Assembly (NCBI GenBank): GCA_014239575.1
Contig: JAAZYQ010000001.1
Location: forward strand, 7,322 to 71,321
Reading direction: 5' to 3'
Length of the DNA stretch: 64,000 bases
Source of the DNA: Gammaproteobacteria bacterium
Lineage (GTDB): Bacteria > Pseudomonadota > Gammaproteobacteria > Arenicellales > UBA868
The position numbers and the translations under genes are program-made. Numbering within the stretch: position 1 is the stretch's first letter; each line of letters starts with the position of its first letter. Shown here piece by piece: positions 9,337-20,011 of the stretch. Below the pieces are notes generated by a model, which was given only the letters and a program-made list of their open reading frames with translations, was not told where the DNA came from and ran no database searches.

Positions 9337-10524
9337 CTAGTCGTGGTTTTCGCCAGCCGTCTGGACCGGTAAAAACGGCAATATGCGAACCCCGATCAGG
9401 GTCACCAGCACAGCTAACCCGATCCCACCCATACCCAGTGCGAGTTCGGCCAGCGATGGCGTGTAGTCAGCAATAACACCATCGTAAAATGTACTGCTAA
9501 CCGAGTAACCGGGAAAGAGTTCCAGGGGAAAAACCTGGCCACCAATAATCAATACGTACACCTGGGCCAGGGCGCCCACAACGACCAGCAAAGCGGCAGC
9601 AATGAGATAGCCACGCTGGCAAAAACGCGGTAGTAGCAGCAATATAGCCGGCACCACAGTGCCCAATAGAATCTGTACCCCCCAGAACAACCCAGTGTAG
9701 ATTCCGCCGTCGACCAGGATGAACCGCTCCAGCTGGTGGTGACCGGTCACGTACAGCTTGGTCAAATGATCTACCGCGACCAGATAAGCCACGCCGATCA
9801 CAAAGAACCCCAGCAATCGGCGCAGTTTTTGCAGCAGCGCTGGATCTATGGCCGCGCCGTTGATCCAAAAGATCAGCATGCCGATCAGCAGCGTCAACGC
9901 CGTGCCAAATGACAGTGACATCACGATAAAAAGCGGCGCCATGACCGCGCTGTCAAAAGCCTCGCGCGCGACCAGGAAACCAAAAATAGAGCCTGTGCCA
10001 GTGGTAAGCACGAGACGCCAGATAAACGCCGCCGTGCCAGAGCGCCTGGTAAAGCGATTCATACGCGGTTCAAACATCATCCACAGGTAGATCCCAACGA
10101 TAAACATGAAGCCAATATAAAGAAAGATATTCCAGGCAAAGATAGACTTAAAGTTGTAGTGGGTCATAGCCACAATCAATCGATCTGGTCGACCCAGGTC
10201 GAGCACCAGCACCGCGAGTCCGCCCAACAGCAAGGCGATAGCCAACAGCGCGGATAGACGTGCCAGAGGCTTGTAATCGTCGCGACCAAAGACTGATGCG
10301 ATCGAGGCGGTATTGAGCGCGCCGGACGCAGCGACAATAAGGAAAATCGCAAAAACATGGGGGATACCCCAAACAACCTGGTTATTCATGCCGGTCACCC
10401 AATGGCCAGCGCTTTCCATGTGATGGGCACTGATCAACCCGGCCAACGCGATCACCCCGGCAATCGCTGATACCAGCCAATAAACGCGGCTACTGCTGAC
10501 GCTCTGAAAATAGACGCTCTTCAT
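9337..10524 (-). CDS. dsrP: DsrP, NrfD/PsrC-family membrane subunit
   Basis: Multi-TM, DLGRPDRL, VVWGIPH; follows dsrO. Confidence 0.92.
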   Translation of the reverse strand: MKSVYFQSVSSSRVYWLVSAIAGVIALAGLISAHHMESAGHWVTGMNNQVVWGIPHVFAIFLIVAASGALNTASIASVFGRDDYKPLARLSALLAIALLLGGLAVLVLDLGRPDRLIVAMTHYNFKSIFAWNIFLYIGFMFIVGIYLWMMFEPRMNRFTRRSGTAAFIWRLVLTTGTGSIFGFLVAREAFDSAVMAPLFIVMSLSFGTALTLLIGMLIFWINGAAIDPALLQKLRRLLGFFVIGVAYLVAVDHLTKLYVTGHHQLERFILVDGGIYTGLFWGVQILLGTVVPAILLLLPRFCQRGYLIAAALLVVVGALAQVYVLIIGGQVFPLELFPGYSVSSTFYDGVIADYTPSLAELALGMGGIGLAVLVTLIGVRILPFLPVQTAGENHD

Positions 10525-10529
10525 TATGC

Positions 10530-11279
10530 TTACAGGCCGCGATAGCGCACCGCGGTATTGAGTTTCAGGTCTGCGCGCAGTTCACGGCTTGTCGTCTCAG
10601 CGAGCTGCGTGGCCAAGGGATCGTTGCGATCATTAATGTCGCCAAAAACCAGGGCCTGGTGGCCGACGTCGGTACAGGCCTCAACACAAGCCGGCGACTC
10701 GTCGCGATCCACCCGGTGAACGCAGAGCGTGCAGCTTTCCACTGTGCCCTTACCGCGTGGAGCGTGGGTTTTCTGTCCAGTAAGATCCTCGTGAATAAAA
10801 GAACGCGCCTTGTACGGACAAGCCATCATGCAGTACCGACAACCGATGCAAGTATGTTTATCCACCAAGACAATGCCATCGGCTCGTCGGAACGATGACC
10901 CGGTGGGGCAAACATCAACACAAGGGGGTTCTTCACAATGCTGGCACATCAGCGGCAGTGACAGCTGGTGTCCGGTATTGTTATCTACGAGATCCACTTT
11001 ACGGATCCATTGGGCATCGGTCTGCGGCCGCTCGTTGCCGTCGAGGCCGTGTTCGGTATGGCAGGCAGACACACAGGCATCACAACCGCTGACACAGCGA
11101 TCTACATCGACCAGCAGGCCCCAGCGCTGAGTGGCACTGGCCGGCTCGTCTTGTTCGCGAGCCAGTGCCAAATCCACCAGACGTACCCCGGGCGCCAAGG
11201 CCAATAAGGCAACACCCGCACTGGCCTGGGTGAAGAACGTCCGGCGTGCGCTGGTAGGGTTGGAATCTTTCATGTCCAT
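10530..11279 (-). CDS. dsrO: DsrO periplasmic 4Fe-4S protein
   Basis: Tat-like RRTFF leader; multiple CxxCxxxC clusters (CQHCEEPPCVDVCP, CIGCRYCMMACP); start approximate. Confidence 0.92.
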   Translation of the reverse strand: MDMKDSNPTSARRTFFTQASAGVALLALAPGVRLVDLALAREQDEPASATQRWGLLVDVDRCVSGCDACVSACHTEHGLDGNERPQTDAQWIRKVDLVDNNTGHQLSLPLMCQHCEEPPCVDVCPTGSSFRRADGIVLVDKHTCIGCRYCMMACPYKARSFIHEDLTGQKTHAPRGKGTVESCTLCVHRVDRDESPACVEACTDVGHQALVFGDINDRNDPLATQLAETTSRELRADLKLNTAVRYRGL

Positions 11280-11289
11280 AACCATTGGC

Positions 11290-11718
11290 TCAGGGTGACT
11301 GGCTGACGCGCTCGGACGGCCGCGCCGCGTGACAGCTAAAGCAGTCAATCTTCACTGCCGTATAGACATGACAACTCTGGCAGAACTGTCCCTTTGCGTT
11401 CACCGGCAGGAATCGACCCTGTGGATCCTTGTCTGCGTGACAATCAATACACCCCGCCAGGCTGTGCCGCGGGGTGCGAATACCCTCGTGCACGGTTTTG
11501 TCGCGCTGGTGTTTGAGAAATTCGAAGTGATCCCGACGCATGACATCTACCGGCTCGACGCACTGGTCGCCACGTGCGCTGGGAAATACCGGCTGGTTGA
11601 CTTCGGCATAGGATCCGGTCAAACCCATGCCCACCGCCAGGCCTAGCGTGATCGCGACGATTCGCCTGGCGCGACTTCGCCGCTTGGACCCGCACTCGAT
11701 TAAGCCGCTCCAGATCAT
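11290..11718 (-). CDS. dsrJ: DsrJ triheme cytochrome c
   Basis: Three CxxCH (CIDCH, CQSCH, CFSCH), CVEPVDVMRRDH motif; start approximate. Confidence 0.9.
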   Translation of the reverse strand: MIWSGLIECGSKRRSRARRIVAITLGLAVGMGLTGSYAEVNQPVFPSARGDQCVEPVDVMRRDHFEFLKHQRDKTVHEGIRTPRHSLAGCIDCHADKDPQGRFLPVNAKGQFCQSCHVYTAVKIDCFSCHAARPSERVSQSP

Positions 11719-11729
11719 CGAGGTTAGCT

Positions 11730-13682
11730 TTACTCGCCCATGCCCATGTCGATGTACCCGCTGGGACAGACATCGGCGCAGATATGGCAACCGATGCATT
11801 TGTCGTAGTCGGTATCGACATAGCGTCCCGTGGTGGACTGGTCTTTGTTGACCCGAAATACTGCATCCTGGGGACAGAAGATCACGCAGTTATTGCACTC
11901 AAAACATAAACCACAACTCATGCAGCGTTCAGCTTCGGCGCGAGCAGCCTCATCAACCAGGCCATGGTGGCGCTCTTCGAAATGCCCCAACACCTCTTCA
12001 GCCCCGGGAACGGTCGCCTCACGGAGGTAACGCGGAGTCTGCTCGAAATGCCCCAGGAAAAGTTTATCGGCTGGAATGATTTCGTGCGCCGAACGATCTT
12101 CGTAGTTATGGACTGCGAAATTTGCGTCTGCGGTACCCCAGGCCTGGGTGTGATCGTATGTTGTCGGCGCCAACGATTGTTCATTAAGCTTGGACAACAG
12201 ATTGAAATGGTGCACATCTACTTTGGGTCGCCGACCCGCATCGCGCCCCTGTAAATAATGATCAATACTCTCCGACGCAATAGAGGCTTGTCCAATGGCC
12301 GTAGTCAACAAGTGTGGGCGAACGATGTCCCCGGCGACAAAATGTCCGGGCCGATCCGGCACCTGGAAATACCGATCAGCATCGATGAAGCTCCTCTGGT
12401 TACCCATCTCCTCTATTCCATTGAGATCTCCAGACTGGCCGATGGCAGAGACGATCAGATCCGCCTCTACATCAAACTCTGTTCCCTCAAGGGGTGTCGG
12501 CACCCCCTTTTCGTTAACACTGCATTTGGCCAGACGCAAACCGCTGGCGCGGCCTGAGCTATCTTTCATCAAAGCGACTGGCATCACCCCATTAAGAATG
12601 GTCACGCCCTCGGTCAACGCATCGTCGACTTCTGCGTCGGTCGCAGTCATCTTGGGGCGCTCAAACAATGCGGTGAGCGTGACCTGTGCACCCTCGCGAG
12701 CTGCCGCCATCGCCGCGTCATGTGCAGCGTAACCGCCGATCACTTCTTCGGGACGATCTTTCGCATGAATCTGGTCGATCTTGCCCAGCCGTCGCGCCAC
12801 GGAAACCACGTCGATGGATGTATCGCCGCCACCAATACAAAGCACCTTTTCAGCGGTTACCTTCATGGTGCCTTTGTTAAACGCATCTAGAAATGCCACG
12901 CCAGAAACACAGTTAGGCGTATCAGCCCAACCTTCAACTGGCAGATCACGGCCAGTCTGACAGCCAATCGCCCACAGGATCGCATCGTAATCAGCCTCGA
13001 GCTCGGCAATAGAGATGTCCTTGCCAATGCGAACCCCGGTCCGCACTTCGATATCTCCTATTTCGATAATGCGTTCAATTTCCCGATCAAGTCGTTCGCG
13101 GGGTGTCCGATAGCCAGGGATGCCGTACCGAAACATGCCCCCGAGCTGTTCTTGGAAGTCAAAAATAGTGGCGCTGTAACCCTTGCGACGCAACTGGTAA
13201 GCCCCAGCGAGTCCCGCAGGGCCTCCGCCGACGATGGCAACACGCTTGTCGCCCACCGGTGGAGGGCTCTCAAACTGGTAACCCTCAGAAAACGCGGTAT
13301 CACCGATGAATTGCTCCACCGAATTAATGCCGACAAAATCATCCACGTTGTTGCGGTTACAACCGTCTTCGCAGGGTGCCGGACAGACCCGCCCCATCAT
13401 GGCGGGAAAGGGGTTGGCATCGGTGGCCCGGCGAAATGCATATTCCTGCCATGTCATATCCTCAGGGGGCAGCTCCATACCCCGAACAATCTGCAGCCAG
13501 CCACGGATATCCTCGCCCGAGGGGCAACTGCCCTGGCACGGCGGCGTGCGATGAACATAGGTGGGGCACTTGTGCGAGTGATCTGCATCAAAAATGTCTT
13601 TCTTGAAGTCATCCCACTCGTAATCCCCCTCTTCATACTTTAGAAAAGTCGTATTCGTGGTGTGTTCTTCGGAAGCTGCCAT
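11730..13682 (-). CDS. dsrL: DsrL iron-sulfur flavoprotein, NAD(P)H:acceptor oxidoreductase
   Basis: KCPTYVHRTPPCQGSCP, GGGPAG, GGGDTSIDV, C-terminal ferredoxin. Confidence 0.95.
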   Translation of the reverse strand: MAASEEHTTNTTFLKYEEGDYEWDDFKKDIFDADHSHKCPTYVHRTPPCQGSCPSGEDIRGWLQIVRGMELPPEDMTWQEYAFRRATDANPFPAMMGRVCPAPCEDGCNRNNVDDFVGINSVEQFIGDTAFSEGYQFESPPPVGDKRVAIVGGGPAGLAGAYQLRRKGYSATIFDFQEQLGGMFRYGIPGYRTPRERLDREIERIIEIGDIEVRTGVRIGKDISIAELEADYDAILWAIGCQTGRDLPVEGWADTPNCVSGVAFLDAFNKGTMKVTAEKVLCIGGGDTSIDVVSVARRLGKIDQIHAKDRPEEVIGGYAAHDAAMAAAREGAQVTLTALFERPKMTATDAEVDDALTEGVTILNGVMPVALMKDSSGRASGLRLAKCSVNEKGVPTPLEGTEFDVEADLIVSAIGQSGDLNGIEEMGNQRSFIDADRYFQVPDRPGHFVAGDIVRPHLLTTAIGQASIASESIDHYLQGRDAGRRPKVDVHHFNLLSKLNEQSLAPTTYDHTQAWGTADANFAVHNYEDRSAHEIIPADKLFLGHFEQTPRYLREATVPGAEEVLGHFEERHHGLVDEAARAEAERCMSCGLCFECNNCVIFCPQDAVFRVNKDQSTTGRYVDTDYDKCIGCHICADVCPSGYIDMGMGE

Positions 13683-13729
13683 CGCGAAATTCCTCTAATT
13701 GTTTATCGTGTCCACTCGTTGCGGGATGC

Positions 13730-15226
13730 TCAGCGTTCGCTGTCAAATACCAGTGCGTCACCAATCAACTGGTGTACGCTGATAATCATGTCCATTTCCA
13801 TACCGTAATAAGGCAATACCTTGCTGAACTGGCTCTTACAAATCGCACAGATCGCGGCCATATGAGTGACGCCATGTTGCTCGATCACCTGCTGTAGCGC
13901 CTGAGCCCGCGGTAGCGCTCCCTTCACGCGCAGCTCAATAAGATCATCAGTCAACAACCCGCCACCGCCACCGCAACAAAAGGTATGTTCGTGAATCGTC
14001 TCTGGCGCCATGTCCACAAAATGACCGCAGGCGGCACGGATCAATTCACGTGGAATCGTGAACTGGCCTCCGGGAACATTCCCTAAACGCGAGCCTCGCG
14101 AGACATTACACGAGTCATGGAAGGTAACCACTTTATCGTCATTCGCCTTTGCATCAAGTTTCAAAGCGCCACGCTGTAGCAGGTCGTATGTGAATTCGCA
14201 GATATGTTGAGGCACCGGGTACGCCGGATCCAAAAAATCAAAAGGCCCGATCAAAGTGTTCCAGAAACTGTAGGCCACCCGCCATGCGTGACCACACTCG
14301 CCAACGACAATGCGCTTTACCCCCAGATCAATGGCCGCTTGACGAATACGCTGCGCGACTTTTTGCATATTCTCGTAATTGCCAATAAAGATACCAAAAT
14401 TGGCCGCTTCCGAGGCATATGAGCTCAAGGTCCAGCTGATACCGGCTTGGTGAAACACCTTGGCATAACCAATCAGACCGTCTACGTGTGGCTCGGCAAA
14501 AAAATCGGCTGACGGTGTCACTAACAATACCTCTGCGCCATGCTGATCCAGTGGAAATTTGACTGGCACACTGATGTCTTCTTCAACTTCCTCTTCCAGA
14601 CCCTCCAGGGTATTGGCCAGAGCAGGCTCGGGAAGACCAAGGTTGTTGCCAATGGCATGAACCTTGCCAATGATTTCATTGGAGTATTTCTGACCTAGAC
14701 CGATCGATGCCAGAATCTCTCGCCCGGCCATGGTGATCTCGGCCGTATCAATGCCAAACGGGCAATACACTGAGCAACGCCGGCATTCAGAGCACTGGTG
14801 GTAGTAGCTATACCAATCGTTGATCACGTCCTCACTCAGCTCCACCGCGCCTACCAGGCGAGGAAACCATTTCCCAGCCAACGTGAAATAGCGTCGATAG
14901 ACTTTGCGTAACAGATCCTGGCGGGCCACCGGCATATTCTTGGGATCCCCCGTCCCAAGATAGTAGTGGCACTTGTCAGTACACGCGCCGCACTTGACAC
15001 AGGCGTCAAGAAAGACTGGCAGTGAGCGGTACTTGCCCAACAACTCACCCATTTTCGCCAGGGCCACGTCTTGCCAGTTATCGACCAATTCGCCCGGAAA
15101 ACCCAACCCCTTCTGGTGTGCCGGCTTAGCCACAAAGGGTCGGCTGTGGGCCATGGCGTCGGGTTGGACGGCAGGCGTTGTCAGCAGTTCACCCAGGGGC
15201 GGTGTCTCGAATTCGATCTTAAGCAT
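13730..15226 (-). CDS. dsrK: DsrK, HdrD-like Fe-S subunit
   Basis: CVKCGACTDKC, CSECRRCSVYCP, GECGH, HDSC, CCGGGGG. Confidence 0.95.
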   Translation of the reverse strand: MLKIEFETPPLGELLTTPAVQPDAMAHSRPFVAKPAHQKGLGFPGELVDNWQDVALAKMGELLGKYRSLPVFLDACVKCGACTDKCHYYLGTGDPKNMPVARQDLLRKVYRRYFTLAGKWFPRLVGAVELSEDVINDWYSYYHQCSECRRCSVYCPFGIDTAEITMAGREILASIGLGQKYSNEIIGKVHAIGNNLGLPEPALANTLEGLEEEVEEDISVPVKFPLDQHGAEVLLVTPSADFFAEPHVDGLIGYAKVFHQAGISWTLSSYASEAANFGIFIGNYENMQKVAQRIRQAAIDLGVKRIVVGECGHAWRVAYSFWNTLIGPFDFLDPAYPVPQHICEFTYDLLQRGALKLDAKANDDKVVTFHDSCNVSRGSRLGNVPGGQFTIPRELIRAACGHFVDMAPETIHEHTFCCGGGGGLLTDDLIELRVKGALPRAQALQQVIEQHGVTHMAAICAICKSQFSKVLPYYGMEMDMIISVHQLIGDALVFDSER

Positions 15227-15241
15227 AATCAGGCTGCGGCC

Positions 15242-15985
15242 CTAGGAGCGATCCGGTCCGGCGCCCGGGAGATCCCGCGCCCACGGTGCGACATGCCGGC
15301 GCTCACGCGGGATATCGCGCATGTTAAGCGTCGGGCTGAAAAAAACGCCCGGCGCATGGAGTAATTTGCTGAAAGGAAATATCAGCATCAGTATGATCAC
15401 CAATGACAGATGAACCAGCAGCGCCCCATCGGCCGGTAGCGGCTGCCAATCAAGTGTCAGCAGCCCCAGAGTGAATGCTTTAAGTGACACGATATCGGTA
15501 TGCTGGACGTATTTCATAACCAGCCCAGAACCGGCAATTGCCAGTAACAGCAATAACATCAGATGATCAGAAGGGGCGCTGATGTAGCGAACTCTATCAA
15601 CCAGCACCCGACGGGCCCACAGGCCCGTGAGCCCGGCAAACATCGCCATGCCCGCATAGATGCCGATCCACTGGATCATGGCCACCCACCACCATACCGG
15701 CTCGGTAAAATACCGAAGGTGCCGCGCAAGTGCGACTACCATGCCAAAGTGAAACAGCCAGCCGAAAAGCCAGGTCCATTTGCTACCCTTGAACAGGCTT
15801 TCGAAAAACACCACCTCGCGGGCCATTCGTGCCACGACACCGGTGCGGGTTAGTGGTGCCGGCGTAGTCGGGATCACCAACGGGGCCGGAGTGCGGGCAT
15901 ACCGGGTCACCCGGGCGGCCACGCCGGTTACCAATATAATGGCCGCCAGGTAAAACAAAACGGCGAAGACGGAACCTAGCACCAA
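15242..15985 (-). CDS. dsrM: DsrM, NarI-like heme b membrane subunit
   Basis: TM helices with conserved His (FHFG, RHLRY, VHL, SKLLH). Confidence 0.93.
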   Translation of the reverse strand: MVLGSVFAVLFYLAAIILVTGVAARVTRYARTPAPLVIPTTPAPLTRTGVVARMAREVVFFESLFKGSKWTWLFGWLFHFGMVVALARHLRYFTEPVWWWVAMIQWIGIYAGMAMFAGLTGLWARRVLVDRVRYISAPSDHLMLLLLLAIAGSGLVMKYVQHTDIVSLKAFTLGLLTLDWQPLPADGALLVHLSLVIILMLIFPFSKLLHAPGVFFSPTLNMRDIPRERRHVAPWARDLPGAGPDRS

Positions 15986-16114
15986 GGGAATAGGCCTCCC
16001 AGCAAATGACTCGACACTGATGACTTCTGCGCCGAGTCGGAAAATCCAGGGTGTGTACCTGGCGGGGCCACCGGGCCACGGCTATTCAGGTGCGACCCAG
16101 GCGTGATTACGGCC

Positions 16115-16447
16115 TCAGACGCAGCCGGTGGGCTTGGGTAGGCCGGCGTACTTACAGGCCTGCTTGGCTGGGCCGTAAGGAAACAGTTCATACAGGTATT
16201 TGCTGTTGCCCTTATCCTTGCCTAACTTCTTGCCAATCGCCTTGGTCAGCACACGTACCGCGGGCGCAATCTGGTACTCCTCGTAATACTCGCGCAGAAA
16301 GTTGATCACTTCCCAGTGGCTCTCACTAAGATCACAGTCATCTTCCTTGGCCATGTAACCGGCCACTTCTTGATTCCACTCGCTCAGATCAGCGAGATAA
16401 CCTTCCTCGTCAGTTTCGTAGGTCCTACCACTTAGTTCAAATGCCAT
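16115..16447 (-). CDS. dsrC: DsrC sulfur carrier
   Basis: C-terminal CKYAGLPKPTGCV (Cys-X10-Cys). Confidence 0.97.
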   Translation of the reverse strand: MAFELSGRTYETDEEGYLADLSEWNQEVAGYMAKEDDCDLSESHWEVINFLREYYEEYQIAPAVRVLTKAIGKKLGKDKGNSKYLYELFPYGPAKQACKYAGLPKPTGCV

Positions 16448-16479
16448 TTCGGCCTCCTGTTACTATTTATCGGATGAAA

Positions 16480-16782
16480 TCAGAGCCAGCTCTGGACCTT
16501 GTCGTTGGCACAGGCCAACTCAACAAAGCCATCATAGCCGACTACCTTGATGCCGGGGATCAGCCGATCTTCTGGTAACCCCCGTGCTTTAAGATCCGGC
16601 CCGAGCGCGTAAACGCTTATCGCACCGGTCGCTTCAGCCAGCATGGTCGTATGAATGGTTCCAGCCAATGCACCGTAGACTCCATCCTCGATCAGCAGAA
16701 TATCGCTGCCGGACTGCGCCAAGCCCAGGCAGGTCTTAAGACTCGCTGACTCAAAGGGAGATTTGTTAACGGTATGTAACAC
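16480..16782 (-). CDS. dsrH: DsrH
   Basis: LHTVNKSPF, LLIEDGVY, DLKARG, VQSWL. Confidence 0.95.
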   Translation of the reverse strand: MLHTVNKSPFESASLKTCLGLAQSGSDILLIEDGVYGALAGTIHTTMLAEATGAISVYALGPDLKARGLPEDRLIPGIKVVGYDGFVELACANDKVQSWL

Positions 16783-16799
16783 GGCGTTGACCTACAGAA

Positions 16800-17207
16800 T
16801 TAGAAGTTAAAAACCACATCCTGCTCTTCAAGCAGGTCGGACAGTTGTGTACGGCTGACAATCTGGATTGAAGGTTTTTCGGCCCAGTCATCATCTTCGT
16901 CCTCCCAGGTCAAGGGCATCAGATCCGCTTCTGTCAGGCCCCGCTCCTCAAGAGATTCACGCTCGACATAAAGTCGGGTGACCTCGTAATCACCCAGCGC
17001 GCGGTAAGTAGGCGAGAAATTCTTCATCCCAGTATCCGTCGTGTCCTGGCCCTGTTTCAACTGAAACACGCCATCGCTGATAAAGGCCATGCAGACCTCC
17101 TGCTCGAAAGCTGCACCAATCAGAACGACTTCCAGGCCCTCCAAAGGGTAAACAGTACCGTAGGGCGGACGACGGTTGATGTACATGAATTTCTTTGTCT
17201 CACTCAT
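16800..17207 (-). CDS. dsrF: DsrF
   Basis: RRPPYGTVYPLEGLEVVLIGAAFEQ, DGVFQL. Confidence 0.95.
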   Translation of the reverse strand: MSETKKFMYINRRPPYGTVYPLEGLEVVLIGAAFEQEVCMAFISDGVFQLKQGQDTTDTGMKNFSPTYRALGDYEVTRLYVERESLEERGLTEADLMPLTWEDEDDDWAEKPSIQIVSRTQLSDLLEEQDVVFNF

Positions 17208-17216
17208 GACAATTTC

Positions 17217-17609
17217 CTAATCACCAAACACCAGTAAACGGTCGGCCTGAACCCCAGCCTCGATCAACTGACCAAGTCCGGAGATACGAAAACCCGGCGC
17301 AATGTTGTCACTGTCCTTGCCGTTGCGTTTGGCCTCGTCCGGATCGACGATACCGCGGCGCTGAGCTGCTGCCACACAGACCACCAGATCCAGATCATGT
17401 GCCTCGCTCAATTCACTCCAACGATTGACAATGTGTCTATCGTCTTGGGGTGGCGTGGTCAAACGCGTGCCGTTATGGACTCCATCGTGATAAAAAAACA
17501 CACGAAAAATCTCGTGTCCGGCATCCAGTGCTGCACGAATAAAACTATAAGCCGTATCAGAGGCCTGATGCGTATAGGGCCCTTCATTCACCATGACTGC
17601 AAGTTTCAT
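17217..17609 (-). CDS. dsrE: DsrE sulfurtransferase
   Basis: VFFYHDGV, VCVAAAQRRG active Cys, ISGLGQL. Confidence 0.96.
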   Translation of the reverse strand: MKLAVMVNEGPYTHQASDTAYSFIRAALDAGHEIFRVFFYHDGVHNGTRLTTPPQDDRHIVNRWSELSEAHDLDLVVCVAAAQRRGIVDPDEAKRNGKDSDNIAPGFRISGLGQLIEAGVQADRLLVFGD

Positions 17610-17618
17610 AGCCAGTGT

Positions 17619-18692
17619 TTAGAAACGGATATGCGTAGATGCGTTGAGACTCGAACGCGAGCCACGCCAGTTATCGATATGGAACTTGGTAAACGGCAAT
17701 CCGGTCGCTTCAAAAAAGCGTGGCCAACCGATGCGGTCGATCCAGTCATTGATGCGCTCCCAGTCCCGTGCATCTTCCTTGTAGGCTTTCAGGATGCGCT
17801 TAACAATGGCAGTGGCTTCAGGCCAGCGCGGTGGATTGTTAGGCACACCGGAGGCGACTAACTTCTGAAAACTTGGCTTGCTGCGGGCATTGGAGTGATT
17901 GCCACCCACCCAGATCGCCAACTTGCTATGCTCAGGATCATTGATCTGCATCGGCGGACACGGTGGATAGCAGGCCCCGCAGCAGATACACTTTTTCTCA
18001 TCGACCTCTAAGGTAGGCTTGCCATTGACCTGTGCTGGGCGAATCGCAGCTACCGGGCAACGTGCCACTACTGAGGGTCTTTCGCAAACGTTAGCCACCA
18101 GGTCGTGATTAATCTTGGGTGGCTTGGTATGCTGCACGTTGATGGCGATATCTCCCTGACCGCCGCAGTTAATCTGGCAGCAGGAAGTGGTGATGTGGAC
18201 CCGGTTGGGCATGTCACAGTTTCTAAACTCATCAATGAGTTCATCCATCATAGCCTTGACCACACCCGACGCATCGGTGCCCGGTATATCACAGTGCAAC
18301 CAGCCCTGAGTGTGGGCGATCATCGCCACTGAATTGGCAGTACCACCGACCACGAAGCCGGCTTCTTCCAACGCATTAATCAGCGGCTCGATCTTAACCT
18401 CGTCCGCCACCATGTACTCGATGTTGCTGCGGATCGTGAACCGAACATGGCCATCGGCATACTGGTCGCCAATGTCGCATAGTTTTCTCAGAGTAAAGAC
18501 ATCCAGAATACGCTGGGTTCCGGCCTTGACCGTCCACAGCGCATCACCGCTTTGGGCAACGTGACGCAGCACGCCGGGGCGGGGGTGGTCATGCCAACGC
18601 CACTGTCGGAAGTTCTTAACCATCAGTGGATGCATGTACTGGAACCCATCAGGACAGCCCGACTCAATCGGCTGGCGCATTTCCTTAGCCAT
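17619..18692 (-). CDS. dsrB: Reverse dissimilatory sulfite reductase beta subunit
   Basis: HTQGWLHCDIPGTDASG, SCCQINCGG, CICCGACY. Confidence 0.98.
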   Translation of the reverse strand: MAKEMRQPIESGCPDGFQYMHPLMVKNFRQWRWHDHPRPGVLRHVAQSGDALWTVKAGTQRILDVFTLRKLCDIGDQYADGHVRFTIRSNIEYMVADEVKIEPLINALEEAGFVVGGTANSVAMIAHTQGWLHCDIPGTDASGVVKAMMDELIDEFRNCDMPNRVHITTSCCQINCGGQGDIAINVQHTKPPKINHDLVANVCERPSVVARCPVAAIRPAQVNGKPTLEVDEKKCICCGACYPPCPPMQINDPEHSKLAIWVGGNHSNARSKPSFQKLVASGVPNNPPRWPEATAIVKRILKAYKEDARDWERINDWIDRIGWPRFFEATGLPFTKFHIDNWRGSRSSLNASTHIRF

Positions 18693-18742
18693 TTTTCTCT
18701 CCGGTAAACATTCGAGGTTGTGTTGCGATCAGACTTGCGGAT

Positions 18743-20011
18743 TTAACCGGCGGCTGACTGGCGCTCTTCGGTCTGACGCTCAAACCATTTAACCGCCTCT
18801 TCATCCCAGCCATCCATGCGCACATAAGAAGATTGGCGCGGGCTGGCAATCATGTGCGGATCGACGTCAATACCAATCCCTTCAAGGAAATTGACCAAAC
18901 CGATGCGCTCGATCATCTCACCGCAGCGCTCGTGCTCGAGGCCATTTTCTGCCCAGAAATCGATAGTGCTTTCTGCAATCTCGGTAATTCTCTCGTAGTC
19001 CTCTTCGGTTTCCAACTTCATGAACGGCACGATCACCGTACCCATCAGATCGCCGATCTTCAGCGTCCGTTTGCCACCCATCAGGATTGTTACACCCTTG
19101 TCGTCTCCGGGCGAGAGCGCTTTGGGAACAACATTGAGGCAATGCATACAGCGCACGCAATTACGGTTGTCGATCTCAACTGAGTCATCATCCTTAAGAC
19201 TCATGCAATGCGTTGGACAACGGGTAATGATGTTGTCGATGGTCTGCTGGCGACCTTTTTCAGCAACATAGGCTTTCCAGGCTTCCTGGTCGACTTTCAT
19301 GTCATCGCGCCAGGTTCCAATTACCGCCATGTCGGCACGCTCGATCGAGTTCATGCAGTCGTTGGGGCAACCCGACACCTTGAACTTGAATTTGTACGGT
19401 AGAGCTGGGCGATGCACGTCATCAGTAAAGTTATTAACCAGGGTTCGGTGAATCTTGTGCTCGTTGGCGCACGACTGTTCACAACGCGCGCCGCCGACAC
19501 AGGACATAGCCGTGCGTACGCACGGGCCGGCACCGCCCAGGTCAAAACCATAATCGTTAATATCATCAAAGAAGTGCTGGGTGTTTTCGGTGGTAGCCCC
19601 GATAAACATGATATTCCCGGTCTGGCCATGGAATGTCACCAGGCCCGAGCCCCATTTCTCCCAGCTGTTGGCTAACTGGCGAAGCATGTCGGTGCTGTAG
19701 TGGTTACCGGCGGGCGGCTGGACCCGTAAGGTGTGAAACTCCCTGGACTCGGGGAACTGCTGGCCGACTTCTGAGAACCGCGGAATGATTCCACCACCGT
19801 AACCGTAAACGCTAACCGTGCCTCCTTTCCAATAGCCTTTGCGGGTTTCGTAGGAGTGTTCGAGTTGGCCGAGCAGATCATTCGCCACCCCGTTAATACG
19901 TTCAGCCGGATGCTCATCGCGCAGGCGCTTAATGCCAGAGACGAAACTCGGCCATGGGCCGCTCTCCAGTTCATCCAGCATCGGGGTTTCATGTTGCTTT
20001 TTATCAGCCAT
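18743..20011 (-). CDS. dsrA: Reverse dissimilatory sulfite reductase alpha subunit
   Basis: TPMLDELESGPWPSFV, WKGGTVSVYGYGGG, CVGGARC...SGCPNDC siroheme motif. Confidence 0.98.
   Translation of the reverse strand: MADKKQHETPMLDELESGPWPSFVSGIKRLRDEHPAERINGVANDLLGQLEHSYETRKGYWKGGTVSVYGYGGGIIPRFSEVGQQFPESREFHTLRVQPPAGNHYSTDMLRQLANSWEKWGSGLVTFHGQTGNIMFIGATTENTQHFFDDINDYGFDLGGAGPCVRTAMSCVGGARCEQSCANEHKIHRTLVNNFTDDVHRPALPYKFKFKVSGCPNDCMNSIERADMAVIGTWRDDMKVDQEAWKAYVAEKGRQQTIDNIITRCPTHCMSLKDDDSVEIDNRNCVRCMHCLNVVPKALSPGDDKGVTILMGGKRTLKIGDLMGTVIVPFMKLETEEDYERITEIAESTIDFWAENGLEHERCGEMIERIGLVNFLEGIGIDVDPHMIASPRQSSYVRMDGWDEEAVKWFERQTEERQSAAG

Noticed and set aside
16089-16097. GGTGCGACC 9-mer shared by the dsrC-dsrM spacer, dsrA upstream (~20168) and soxB upstream (~30423)
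   Set aside because: Orientation is inconsistent, it also occurs inside a CDS (~5878), and a GC-rich 9-mer is expected by chance
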